Of a DNA stretch of 64,000 nucleotides, positions 51,306 to 63,112 are shown one piece after another. This DNA is from Fistulifera solaris (taxonomy: Eukaryota). The translations under genes and the position numbers were made by a program. Each line of letters begins with the position of its first letter. Position 1 is the stretch's first letter. The notes beneath the pieces were generated by a model. It searched no databases. It had not been told where the DNA came from and saw only the letters and a list, made by a program, of their open reading frames with translations. The stretch covers positions 124,001 to 188,000 of the forward strand of contig AP026149.1 in assembly GCA_030295235.1 (NCBI GenBank). Reading direction: 5' to 3'.

Positions 51306-53159
51306 ATGAAGTCATTACTGATAATAACATCCCTACTAGCAATAACTGTGGATGCTTTTACTGCCACCACTGGTAGTAAAACGTTCGCGAGACGATCCGT
51401 TGGTGTGCAAGCATCGACCCTTTCTTCGGAATCATCATCCTCTACGTATCAGGCTCCGCTTTCCGAAATTACCAAACGCCGTAATTTGGCCATCATCAGT
51501 CATCCCGATTCAGGAAAAACGACCATGACCGAGAAGTTGTTATTGTACGGAGGAGCCTTGCAGCAAGCGGGGGCGGTCCGACACAAAGCCGAACAACGGG
51601 CGACGCAATCGGATTTCTTGGCCATGGAACAAGAACGTGGTATCAGTATTAGCAGTACGGTGCTCAATTTTGATTATCAAGATTACACCATCCGTTTACT
51701 AGATACACCCGGGCATCAAGATTTTTCCGAAGATACGTAAGTCCGCACTCAAATTCGTTTTTGGTGTGTTGAGGGGGTCGCTCTTGTCCTCTCATTTTGT
51801 TTTTGTTTTTGTTTTTGCTTTTGCGACAGCTACCGCGCGCTCGCGGCCACCGATCAGGCACTCATGTTAATGGATGCCGCGAAAGGTCTGGAACCACAAA
51901 CTCGCAAATTATTTGAAGTATGTCAGCTCCGCTCGATTCCGTTGTTTACGTTTGTCAATAAGATGGATCGACCCGCGTTGTCACCCTACGATATTATGGA
52001 TCAAATCGAACAAGAGTTTGGTCTCGAACCGCATCCTATTTTGTGGCCGATTGGGGATGGCGATCGTTTCAAGGGTGTTTTGGATCGAACGACGAATACC
52101 GTGCATTTGTATCAGAAAGCGGAGAAACGAGGAGCCAAAGCGGAAGCGACCGAAGTGGCACTGGACGACGAGCAATTAAAGGACTTGATCGGAGACAGCG
52201 AATTGTACGATAAACTGATGGAAGACGCGGAATTGTTGAACGAAATGATTCCTCCGTTAGACATGGAACGAGTCATGATTGGCAAGCAGAGTCCTTTGTT
52301 TTTTGGATCGGCCATGACAAATTTTGGGGTGCAGCTTTTTCTCGATCATTTCTGCCGGATGGGTACAGAACCCCTTGGTCGGGAAACGTCGAAAGATATT
52401 TTGATTACTCCAGACTATGGGGAATTCACCGGATTTGTATTCAAAACACAAGCCAATCTCGATCCGAAACACCGAGATCGTTTAGCCTACGTTCGTATTG
52501 TTTCGGGCAAGTACGAAAAAAGGCATGAAAGTGAATCATTCGCGTTCGAAGCGCCAATACAATTTAGCCCAAGCCCAGGCTTTGTTTGGTTCGGACCGGA
52601 CGTCAGTGGACGAAGCTTTTCCGGGTGATGTAATTGGCATTAATAATCCGGGAAGTTTTGCCATCGGTGACACCCTTTACTCCGGAAACTCGCCCATTGC
52701 TTTTCCTGGTATCCCATCCTTTTCGCCGGAAAAGTTTGCGTACATTCGTGCACCCAACCCATCGGATTACAAGTCCTTCAAAAGGGCATTGACCAGTTGC
52801 TGGCCGAAGGGGCGGTGCAAGCCTTGCGCCAACGAAATGACGAAAATGGTCCTCTATTGCTAGCGGCGGTGGGTCAACTACAATTTGAAGTAGTACAAGC
52901 TCGGTTGCTGAGTGAGTACAAAGTTGATTCGAAAATGGAACCACTGGGTTATTCTTTGGCGCGATGGGTAGATGGAGGCTGGGAAGCTGTTGAAAAGGCC
53001 GACAAAGATGGGAAATTATTTGGAATTATGATCGTCCAAGATCAGTGGAAAAGACCAGTTCTTTTGTTCCGAAATGATTGGAAGGCTGCCAGTCTGGCGG
53101 AAGAAGAAAAGTATCTTCAATTGAAGCCTTGGTCGGCCCCTCCAGCTATGGATGACTAA
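51306..53159 (+). CDS. prfC: Plastid-targeted bacterial-type peptide chain release factor 3; intron 51737-51829, frameshifts at 52516-52521 and 52780-52783
   Basis: [68 protein letters not shown]; presequence VDA-F. Confidence 0.95.
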
Positions 53160-53567
53160 TTATTACTCCGTAATAGATTTGCTGTAAAAGTAGTGCGTGT
53201 CACAGATTAAGTTCTTGTGATTGAGTACTGCTAAACGTCAAAATAGTTGTTTAGCACAATCGCATCAGAGCATAGACTACTTTCATGGCTAGGGTGCACA
53301 GGCACGCATGCTGTTCTTCTATTAGTGGAAATAGTAATGCACTTTGTATGTGTGTTCCCATTTGGTGTAGTAGAGAATACTCGAACGATCACTTTTCCAA
53401 CGAAAAGAGCGCAATGATAATGATGTAAACCAACTAAAAATTAACGGCCACCATTGTAATCTGTTTTACACGAAATGGCCAAGAGCAGCGCGACACAACG
53501 AAATTCATTCATTCATCTGCTTGCTACCTCTTCTCATAATATTTTCAGAGAAACCAAGATTTCCAAC

Positions 53568-54065
53568 ATGGAAGAAAAGGACATTCCAGCGGTGATTGCG
53601 ATCCAGCCGACTGCTGGTGAGGAAAACTCAGCCATGCGTCAAGCGACCGTTGCTTTGGCCCGTGCCATCTGTTTCGGAACACGAAATGACATTGTGGAAG
53701 CGAACCAACGGGTGTCGAGTATTGTGCAGCAGCAAGTGCGGGAGGCCATGTATGACATGCACGAGATGATGGAGGCCCTACAAGATACCATTGGTAGTCA
53801 TGATATCATTCGGAATCCCAATGTAAGCGCCTGCAACGGCCAGCCGAAGAAATGGAATTGCTTGGTCTGTAAAGCACCGACGCGACACGTCTGCAATCAT
53901 CCCGACTGTCAAGCTTGGAGACGAAGCAACGGGATGCTCGGGACGCCTCTGTGCGGCCCTAGAGCCGACAGCAGTAAGAATCCGGAAGGTTTGACTTGCA
54001 TGCAAATTCATCGGCAGAGGCTTCGTGATGAAAAAACCGGTTCTGCGCAGCAGCACTCAACGTAA
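53568..54065 (+). CDS. Small hypothetical protein with a C-terminal Cys/His-rich zinc finger (piggyBac CRD-like spacing)
   Basis: CLVC..TRHVC...DC..PLC..TCMQIH. Confidence 0.55.
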   Translation: MEEKDIPAVIAIQPTAGEENSAMRQATVALARAICFGTRNDIVEANQRVSSIVQQQVREAMYDMHEMMEALQDTIGSHDIIRNPNVSACNGQPKKWNCLVCKAPTRHVCNHPDCQAWRRSNGMLGTPLCGPRADSSKNPEGLTCMQIHRQRLRDEKTGSAQQHST

Positions 54066-54384
54066 GGAAGTGTGACCATGCTGTTTCAAGCACAATAAGT
54101 ACTCCATAGTGAAACCAATTGAACCTTATTTCGCTTGGTCTTTCGTTCAGTTGTCAATTAGCAAATTTTTAGGCAATGTTCGATCCCGAAGAAGATGACG
54201 ACAATTATTATATTCTTGAGTACCAGTATCAAACTTGCTTCGGAGCCATCAAAAGCTCCTTCGTTACAACCTTACTGTGACATTTGACGACACGATTGGC
54301 ATTGGCGGTTAGCGAAATTAAAAGAGGAGTCAAGTAAACCGTCTTTTGGACCCCGTGACCCACCCCCAAAGTATCGTCACAATC

Positions 54385-56094
54385 CTACTGCTTGATCATC
54401 GACAAATAAGCTTGATCTTCACGTTCCTGCTGGTCCATTTTGATTTCTTCCAATTGTTGTTGTAACATGGACTGCATGTCACTGGACACCACCAGTCCCT
54501 CGGTATCGACATACAGCAAAGACGTGACGATGCTGGTATACAGTTCCGGATACTCGTATGCCACCAAACTCGAGAAGGATGGGGGCTTCTTCGGTTGCGC
54601 CGGCTGTTCTTCCCATTCTCGACGTTGACTTTGCACCATGCGCAAAATTCCTTGCATAAAACAGATCGATTGATCACGCACCGGATTCCAAATATTCGGA
54701 TCCACGCCTTTTTCGGCTTGCATTTCCTGTTCCACGACGACCGCATGACTCAATTTCACCATGACACCGACGGCGGAACCCGCGCGATGCCACGTCTCGG
54801 GTGTACTTTGACTCGTGGGCATTTGAGAAAGTAGCCAGTGGGCAGCACTGTTGGTCTGGAGCATGGCATGCAACCAGGATACACACGCCATGGTCAAGTC
54901 AGAAATCAACAATGCGGAATTTGGTAGTAGGACACGTTCCATGAGATCGAGTACCGTCGCCATCACTTCGCGAACCGGTCCCCCGTACGAAGACGACTCT
55001 GCTTGCGTCCAAAATCCGTAACGTACAGCATCTCTACGAGAATGATTCCAAAATTCCACCAGTGTAGCGAGACACACGGATAACCATTCTTGTATGAGCC
55101 TGGTTTTGTGCCTTTTGGAAAAAGGATATGGCTCCGTTGTTTCCTCTTCATTGTTATTGTTTCCTTTTCGGTTGTTCGATGATTCGGGATTAATCAATCG
55201 AAGGACACCATTCCCTCGCCGAATAAGCCAAAGAGCAGCTCGTCGAAATAGTTGCAAAAGTTCCGTTTTGAACGACCACACATCCTCGTGCTCGAGGAAC
55301 AAACAAAGGACTTTCATTCCGGCCATGGATAGTTCCAAATTGTGCGTCTGTGAAATACACGTCTCCCGAATGCGTTGCAACAATAATTCCCCACGATGAC
55401 TTCTCGGGCGGTGCGCTGGTTCTATCGCAAGTGTTGGAGACCACAAGGGGTTCTCGAATGCCTCTTGCTTCAAATGCACGTATTCTCCTCGCCGACGAAT
55501 GCGACGGGAGATCCTGGATGTTTCCTTTTTCATCGTGGAAAAAAGAAGCCGACACGCTTGTGGTGACAAATGCAAGATCGAATACAAGGCTTTTAAATGA
55601 TCGGCCTGCCATACCGGCAACGTGTACACGAAATCGAGGCAATCGCCCACAACATTGACAACGGAAATGGGTCGATTCCGTGCCACAATTTGCAACAAGA
55701 GGAATGTGAAGGGTGTTTGTCGATCTACCAGTAATATATGACGTGCCAGTGCCATGCCACAGGATTCTTTCGGCACCGGAGTGGGCGTTTGCGGAAGAAG
55801 AAGGGTCGTCGCCGGAGGGGTCGGTGCGACGATGGTGTGAGGTATGCGTTGTTGTTGTTGTGGTTGTTGCTGCTGCTTGTTTTGTGCCCGCACCAAATTC
55901 GCTTCATGCTGACTCCTTCGTAATTGATCACGCAAATGACGTTCGGTTTGTTGCAACTGTCGTTCGACAGTTTGTATCTGATGTTGACATTCGGCTTCCG
56001 CCACGGCCAGTGCAGCTTGTAATTCAAAGTTTTCTTCCGCTTGTTGCGCCAGCTTTTGTTCCAGAAATGTTATTCTCTCTTGTTCGTTGTTCAT
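54385..56094 (-). CDS. Hypothetical protein with N-terminal coiled coil, Q/P-rich linker and helical C-terminal region
   Basis: Intact 569-aa ORF starting with ATG. Confidence 0.75.
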   Translation of the reverse strand: MNNEQERITFLEQKLAQQAEENFELQAALAVAEAECQHQIQTVERQLQQTERHLRDQLRRSQHEANLVRAQNKQQQQPQQQQRIPHTIVAPTPPATTLLLPQTPTPVPKESCGMALARHILLVDRQTPFTFLLLQIVARNRPISVVNVVGDCLDFVYTLPVWQADHLKALYSILHLSPQACRLLFSTMKKETSRISRRIRRRGEYVHLKQEAFENPLWSPTLAIEPAHRPRSHRGELLLQRIRETCISQTHNLELSMAGMKVLCLFLEHEDVWSFKTELLQLFRRAALWLIRRGNGVLRLINPESSNNRKGNNNNEEETTEPYPFSKRHKTRLIQEWLSVCLATLVEFWNHSRRDAVRYGFWTQAESSSYGGPVREVMATVLDLMERVLLPNSALLISDLTMACVSWLHAMLQTNSAAHWLLSQMPTSQSTPETWHRAGSAVGVMVKLSHAVVVEQEMQAEKGVDPNIWNPVRDQSICFMQGILRMVQSQRREWEEQPAQPKKPPSFSSLVAYEYPELYTSIVTSLLYVDTEGLVVSSDMQSMLQQQLEEIKMDQQEREDQAYLSMIKQ

Positions 56095-56526
56095 TGTTTG
56101 TGTTTAATTTACAGCAAGATGAGTACGGGTATGTTAGCAATAGATACAATAATCCCTGATAATTGCTTAACGATCATTTGTTGATTGTGGCGTTTTTGAA
56201 GGGAAAATCAAGGAGCAAGTCGCGTAACCGTACGTTCGTCGACCGTTCAACGACACGCATGGACGATGTTTGACAGGGAAGGACGTTAAAATTCTGCCTC
56301 CCAGTACAAGATTCTACGTAGCGTCCACGACGTGGCAGAATTTTAACGCCGTTTCCAGAAAGAATGGCTTCATTCTTATTCATTTGTTATAGAGCCTTTC
56401 TTGGTCTCCGAATCCATCGAAGCTAGCGTCCTTTTATTTATTCCTAATTATTTCCGAACCCTTCTATGTTGCTGGATTAGCGACTGCTGCAGCATTATTC
56501 ATTCCACGGTATATTATTCGCAGAGA

Positions 56527-58149
56527 ATGACTTCGTGGACGCGACGCGGTGTGCGACGGTGGATAACGGCTGGTTGGATCGTCTGGGTCGTTTCGTACAC
56601 CTTGTGGTATCAGCCTTTGGATTCGTGGAACAATCTTTCGATAGCGGAAAAACAAACCGATCCGCAGTGCCTTTCAACAACACAACAATACGCCGAGATT
56701 CATTCCCTGACACGGGAAGCCATCTGGATTGGGAATTGCGGTGACGAGACGAAATATCATCGCCCAACTCCCAATCGAACCTCCTTGAAGGAAACTGTGG
56801 CTCATTTTCATCCCTCTGTGGTGGAAATTCACGAGGAATCATCATCGACCTACTTTGATCGGATTACCGTACAATTGCATGCCTACAATTACAATCAACA
56901 AGCTCGACACCAGGGTGGTGATGAATTCGTAGGAACCCTCACGGGATGGTCTCCCGATGGTGTTTTGTTTCAAACCGCACGCGTGTGGACCGACCTGGGT
57001 GATGGAACGTACCGTGTGACGTTTCGGATACCACGCATTGAACTGGCTGCCTACCGCATGACATTGATGCACTATTACACCTGTTACGATGGTTTTCTCC
57101 AATACAGTGCCACAGCGGGAGCCAGTACGTACCGATTGCAACGGGGACCGATGATGTTACTGAATTCGTCATCCTATCCCTTTCGTTTACCTCATCCCAA
57201 AGATGCACAGTCACTGTTACACCACTTGTGGGAGGAACGGAATGTGTGTGAATCGAGTCAAGAAAGTATCGAACAACTCACGGAAGGTATTTGGATGGAA
57301 CGAATGAGTGCACGGACGAGTTACCCCGAACTCACGTTGAATGCACAATGGACTCCGTTTTGTTGTCGTGTTCCGACTTTCACGACCAACAGCTCCGTTC
57401 TCCGGATTGGTTCTTCGACCATGCCCCATCCTACCTTACAAGTGGGAGATGTGTACGACCTGAAGCGGAACTTTCACAACAAATGGATCCAATTTTTATG
57501 GCAGCGTGCACCGACCGAAGAAAATACAATCATTCTTTCGTCCGGACTGCATTTTCTGTTCAACGGATACCATCCCGCCGATTGTGTGCAGCTGATATTG
57601 CGGATGATTTGTCAATTGGCTTATCGATTTTCCGGTCGTATTTTGGTGGTGGGACCCGTACCGATTCAGCAGCATTTGTACGATCGAGTCGATATGACCG
57701 ATTTGAATGTCATGTGGATCAATGCTCTATTGTATCAAGTCATTCAAGTGGAAGCGGCTGGGCAATTGGAGCGCATTTGCGTGGATCGCACCGATTTGGC
57801 GGAATTCCAAACGGTGCCGCGCATGGGACATATTTTGAAAGGTGCCGAAGCGGAAAAAGCATTGAAGCGGTTACGAGCGAAGCTGTCGTTCCAAATGACC
57901 ACTGAAGAAATCGAATTGACGAAATTTTTCAACGAGACCACGAGTAAAGAAGAACGCGTGCGTGTCTATAGCAATCGGAGTATATGGTTTGCCAATATCG
58001 AGCAGTTTCTTCGTCCTCGTCCCGAGACGTACGTCCTAGGAGACAAAATACACGACAAGCGTGACATTAAAGGCACTTCGCTGTTTCAGACGGCTCACTC
58101 GGAGCTGATCAAGCAGTTGGGGATGCTGCGTGCCGGGGCTGGACCATGA
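56527..58149 (+). CDS. Type II membrane NXPE/PC-esterase-like protein (Ig-like domain plus SGNH-like domain)
   Basis: N-terminal anchor WITAGWIVWVVSYTLWY; GGDEF..DLGDGTYRVTF; GSST (GDS-like); SSGLH; C-terminal DKIH (DxxH). Confidence 0.6.
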   Translation: MTSWTRRGVRRWITAGWIVWVVSYTLWYQPLDSWNNLSIAEKQTDPQCLSTTQQYAEIHSLTREAIWIGNCGDETKYHRPTPNRTSLKETVAHFHPSVVEIHEESSSTYFDRITVQLHAYNYNQQARHQGGDEFVGTLTGWSPDGVLFQTARVWTDLGDGTYRVTFRIPRIELAAYRMTLMHYYTCYDGFLQYSATAGASTYRLQRGPMMLLNSSSYPFRLPHPKDAQSLLHHLWEERNVCESSQESIEQLTEGIWMERMSARTSYPELTLNAQWTPFCCRVPTFTTNSSVLRIGSSTMPHPTLQVGDVYDLKRNFHNKWIQFLWQRAPTEENTIILSSGLHFLFNGYHPADCVQLILRMICQLAYRFSGRILVVGPVPIQQHLYDRVDMTDLNVMWINALLYQVIQVEAAGQLERICVDRTDLAEFQTVPRMGHILKGAEAEKALKRLRAKLSFQMTTEEIELTKFFNETTSKEERVRVYSNRSIWFANIEQFLRPRPETYVLGDKIHDKRDIKGTSLFQTAHSELIKQLGMLRAGAGP

Positions 58150-58749
58150 TGGCTTTTTTCTTTCATCTGCTGCTGCTCATAAAGATTTGTAATTTAGTGG
58201 TTTTGTTGTTGGCAATGGCATCCATCAAGCATGCCATCAAGGTTTTAAAGCCAATGCGATGAGTACGTTGTCCATGCGCTCAACGCGGCCTCCTTAATAT
58301 GAGAATGATTAATTCGAGACTTGGAGCGCGAACGGCAATTGGATCGATCATTTCCTCAGCAATGATAGCTCGAATGAAAGAAAGAAGATCGCAATCCTCG
58401 ATGACTCTTTTGGGAGTCATGCGACTGTTGATGATACGACGACCGTCAGGCAAGTTGGAGGAAAAAATCCTGTTCCTTTCTTTTGATAATGATAATCTGG
58501 ACAACGTGGGCCTTCTTCGAAATTGATGATGACATTTTGAATTGAGGAGAAGTCATGAGTAGTAGTTCTCGCCATGCTGAAAAAATAATCAAGAAGTTGC
58601 AAAGAACGAGAGAGTTCGCGAGTGCGGGAACAAGACAATGCGAGGCGGTGCCACAGGATGGGTAACAAAGCAAATTTATAGCAAAAAAAGACAAAGAAGG
58701 GCGAATTACGTTACCAAGTAGTAGAGGGCTTGAGTATCATGATGATTTA

Positions 58750-58793
58750 AAATGTAAATGCGCTCATTTGAAAAAATGAGCGCATTTACATTT
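58750..58793. repeat. Perfect inverted repeat: 20-bp arms with GAAA spacer
   Basis: AAATGTAAATGCGCTCATTT-GAAA-AAATGAGCGCATTTACATTT. Confidence 0.95.
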
Positions 58794-58916
58794 GCGTTTT
58801 GCGTGTGTTCGAAATGTGAGTCTTACGAAAATAAGTCACGAATGGGCCACCTCACGATACAATAACGAAGGACTGAATTAGTAACAACCGTTTTCGTATT
58901 TTCACAAAAAAAATAA

Positions 58917-59667
58917 TCAGGATTGCTTCTTGAGCTTGTCATCATCTTGATTTTCAAGATGAGTCGTCGACTGCAAACTCACATTGTACAAAACACCATA
59001 ATACGCGGCTAGCCCTGATGCTACGTGCCACACAATGTGTGCTATCCAAATACGGGGGTAGGTCTCACACCACAGGTTCTCCATTTCCCAAAAGATGCGT
59101 GCAAACAGAATTGTCGCCACGCACTGGTTGCGTAGCTTTGTATCACCCTGCTTCATGGTATACGCCAATATGGTATCCAGCACTACCATACTCGTAAATC
59201 CGTGCACAAAGAGTTCATAGGAACCGACAACAATGTACAAAAGTACGATGCCGACATTGATAATCACCATGCATGACCGCCAGAGGGCAGAACGCTTTCG
59301 TGACCACGGATGCAATCCTAACTTCCACCACAACGCTGTTCCGATGGAGCCCATCATCGGTCCTTCATCCAGTAACTGCATGGAGCGACGCATCGTTCCG
59401 TGAAACAGAAACGAACCGATACCAATCACCCCCAACCAACCTGCCAAAGCTCGAAGAATCCACAATGGTTTCTTCGTAGTACGAAAGCAACCGATAGGCC
59501 AGAAAGATATACCAGAGACTACTGAGGGCATTGTAACACTCGGCTAAATATACGGTAGTGCGGTAATGTGGTTCACAGAATTGGTGCACGGCATCAACGG
59601 GTCCCCACACGCCGGTCACGTTGTGTACGCGTTTGTTGATTTGTACGAAAGCAAGCGTGCTTTGCAT
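58917..59667 (-). CDS. Alkaline ceramidase (ACER/CREST family); one frameshift near 59470-59500
   Basis: WGPVDAVHQFCEPHY..AECYNALSS; GIGSFLFHGTM..QLLDEGPM; HIVWH. Confidence 0.9.
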
Positions 59668-59938
59668 ATTTTTTTAATGAAAGAGGGTGGTTGGTCAAGA
59701 AGAATGAAGAGTAGCACCGACGATATAATGAGATTCTCGAAAGGATTTTCAAGCGAATGAAGCGCAAAATAGCCAGCATCCAGACCTGATACTGATAGTC
59801 AGAAGTACTACCACTACGATTGAAACACGTTAGCGGCATCTGTAATAGTTGTACAGTGTTGATTACCGGATGAAATGGCGCGAACATCAACGACGCCGAT
59901 CACAAAAAGTGACCATGTCGCACCATTCGCCTTGAGAT

Positions 59939-61116
59939 TTGAGAAAAAGACCCACTCACATACATTTTTTTTCTCGAAGACCACTCATTACTTCTGATCA
60001 CGATGACAAAGGTAGACATAGCGATGCAAACGATAATGATATTCATCAAAGGATTCAAAAATGGATCGACGAGCAACAATGGGACGAGCTGGAAGCTTTC
60101 GTTCACGCGAATCCTTGCATCACTCACGATGCAACCTTTCCAAACGGCTGGACGTTGTTGAATTGCGTGACCTTTACGGCCAATACGCCCCTTGAGTTGA
60201 TTCGCACGGTGGCTGCTACTAATCCTATCGCCATTGGGATACCCGACCAACGATTCCAAGATTTACCCGTCCATTTTGTCTGTCGCAATTTACAGACGTC
60301 GGCGGCCAAATTGCACGTCTTACTGCAACACTGTTCGTCCAACTGGTTGTTGCATCGCAATGAATTTGGAGGAACACCGTTGCATTCGGCGTGCAATCAC
60401 AATGCTCGTTTGGAAGCTTTGCAAGCTCTCGTGCATGCGACGGACGCACAGATCCTCCGTGTTCGGACCTTTCAAGGACATCATTGTGTCACGACGTTGT
60501 GGCAGTCGTACAGCTCCACCATTCAAGGACATTTATGTGTCGCGAATTTGTTACTGGTAGACAACAAACAAGACGTGGGAGAGCTACCTCGTCATTTTCA
60601 ATTGTTCTGGGACAAATGCCAATATCTTGCACTGTCGTCCTACGTCGCCTCCTCTTCACCGCACGACCTGTTACACGCACTGTTACGGTGCAACGTACCG
60701 ATTCATTTGTTCAAAGTTGCCGCGCGACTAGTAAAGGATGAAGCATTTTTGACACCCGATAAAGATGGATTGTTACCGTTGCATTGGGTTTTACAGAATC
60801 GACCTTATCCTCACCTTCATGAAGCGGATGCTATTCAAGCATTGCTGCATCACGGCGAGGCAGCGATACCCGCTGCACAAGAATTGCCACTGATAATGGC
60901 GATTCGTCACAAAATTCCGTGGTCGCGAGGAACTCAATGGGTCTGGGAGGCACATCCCGTTGCCATTCAATCTCGGTCAATGGAGGGATGGTATCCTTTT
61001 TATTGGCAGCTGTCGTGGGAGGTAAACCACTGCCGTCTTTGGAAACCATTTTTCAATTGCTACGGGCACAACCGGATCTTCTTTTAACTTCTTCTACCAC
61101 CAGTGATGGCGGCTGA
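59939..61116 (+). CDS. Ankyrin-like repeat protein (start uncertain; frameshift near 60995)
   Basis: Repeated motifs LPVHFVC, GTPLHSAC, GLLPLHWVL, LPLIMAI and GWYPF. Confidence 0.7.
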
Positions 61117-61278
61117 ACGCGCGTTGATGTTTACAGAAAGTGCCAGCTCTGATTAACTCTTCTACGTTTCTATTTCGTTGGTGCGTTCAATACATTCATA
61201 AAAATAATCATGTTTTGTTATGCAGGAACACTACCGCAATACAGTTATAGAATCAAACCCATCTGGGTTTCTCACAGT

Positions 61279-62348
61279 TTAGTACGAATCATCGTTTCGA
61301 CGACGAGAAGGCATGTCCTCATCGTCTTCGTCGTCGCCAATTTTATATGCCGCACCACTGGACATGTCAACTTCATCGTAACTGTCCTCATCGTTATCAT
61401 CTTTGTGAGGAGAACTGGTAGGCTCATCTTGTTTCTCCATGGCATCTGCTGAATCGTTCTGATTCTTGCTGTTCGGGCCTCCTCCTTCTTCCGATCGTGT
61501 CGCCATGTATTCACGAAAGTTATCAGCAAACTGAAAGACAGTCACGAGGAATGCGATCCATGCTCCAAAGTAAATATTCGAAATCGTCGCCCCGGGTGTA
61601 TTCCCAAACGTAATGTATCCCACACCAAAGCACCACAACACGAGCAGAAGCGTCGAAATGGCAAATTCGACTGTCAAAAACAAAGTGAAGCATCGGGACG
61701 CCACCAAGAAGAAGAGGGCAATAATGGTACTGATGCAACCCAAACCGACCGCCCAACGCGTCCGACGACAGTATTCACTATCATCAAAGGCCGCCAATTG
61801 ACACGTTGAAGTATCCCGCAAGACGCGTGCCGCGGAAGACATGACAATAATGGATGCCGCCGCCAAGGCCAACCACCGCGCATTGGTCCGTGAAGGAATC
61901 AGCGAGAGTTTGGCAAATTCTTGTGCCGCACTGGCGACAATAAAGAGAACGGCCGCCAAAGCCAACCAAGTAAAGAAGTAGAGATTCGCATTGATAATAA
62001 AGAGACCACCCCTTGTGCCGCCACGACGGCAATACCGTGATCAATGTTCATGATGACCGGCCATGCGACACACCATACTACCAAAAGGAAGAGTCCCGCC
62101 AACACTTCGATCGATCGTCCGACAAAATGAGGACGCGCGAAGAGATACGCAGCCGACGCGAGAAAGGCGACCAGCATGCTCATACACGACGCGGCGACGA
62201 CCCAATTTTCTTTCGTGTTCCGACCCTCTTCGGTCGTTGATGTCATGGCCGCTAGACAAACCGCCGAAAAGACAAAGAGAGCAATCCAAGCCGGGAATCG
62301 TCGGGCTTGATGAATATCGGTATTGACGTCTACTGTTAAGACGGACAT
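61279..62348 (-). CDS. Multi-pass membrane protein with two 4-TM (MARVEL-like) repeats and acidic tail; frameshift near 62008
   Basis: Eight hydrophobic segments; internally repeated motif NLYFFTW / NIYFGAW. Confidence 0.7.
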
Positions 62349-63112
62349 GATGATGTAAGTAAGTTGTTTCGGAAGATTCAATGGGAGTTTCCAGCAGATC
62401 AAACAAGCTTTGTGATAGATGAATGAACTGAAAGATGAGTATTGTGTTCGCAAACAAAGTAAAAGGAATGATGGAATAGTGATGTAGGAGAACTTCAAAG
62501 AAATCTCGCGTGTTCGCAAAGCGCGAGAAACGAAATGGGAAACGTGACGACACGATGGTCCAGCCGGCTTGCTCCAACCGCCGAATTGTGACAACCAAAC
62601 TCCATTGAAAGTGATAAAGTAAATTACGTGCGATTTATTTTGATATTTTCTACTTGTTCCGAATGGAGTAAGTGGTACTGATTTTGTTTTTTTAGAATGC
62701 TGTAGATCGAAATATTTGTACAAGAAAGTAGAAATGGCTCACGCGCTCATTCACAACGGAGAGATGCAACGGAAACGCTTGGATCGATTTTCTGCCGCCC
62801 TCCTGCGGAGTCGTGGGGAGCAAGAACGAGGTGTGAAACAAAACAACGGAGCACAATAACCCTGTTGTTCGAGAAATGTTCAAGAGATCATTGCAATTCT
62901 TCACGAGTAGCATTCTTAACAAGAGCCAGCTGAACCGTAAGGAAGCAAGTTTGTTTGTAGGCGAACGACGGTTGAGAAATACAACACCTGTTCTTTTTTC
63001 ATTGTCACTATTATCACATCACACTTCAATTCTTTTTCCGAATATCCTCCATCACAAATCAATCAGAACTTAGTAGCATCCTTTCGGCAGAAAGTCTAGT
63101 AGTACACAAAGA

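Noticed and set aside
54150..54200. tRNA suggested by GTTCGATCCC (T-loop-like)
   Set aside because: No acceptor, D or anticodon stems could be formed around it.
58280..58694. Small minus-strand gene from overlapping short ORFs
   Set aside because: No recognisable domain or consistent start/splice model, although it cannot be fully excluded.
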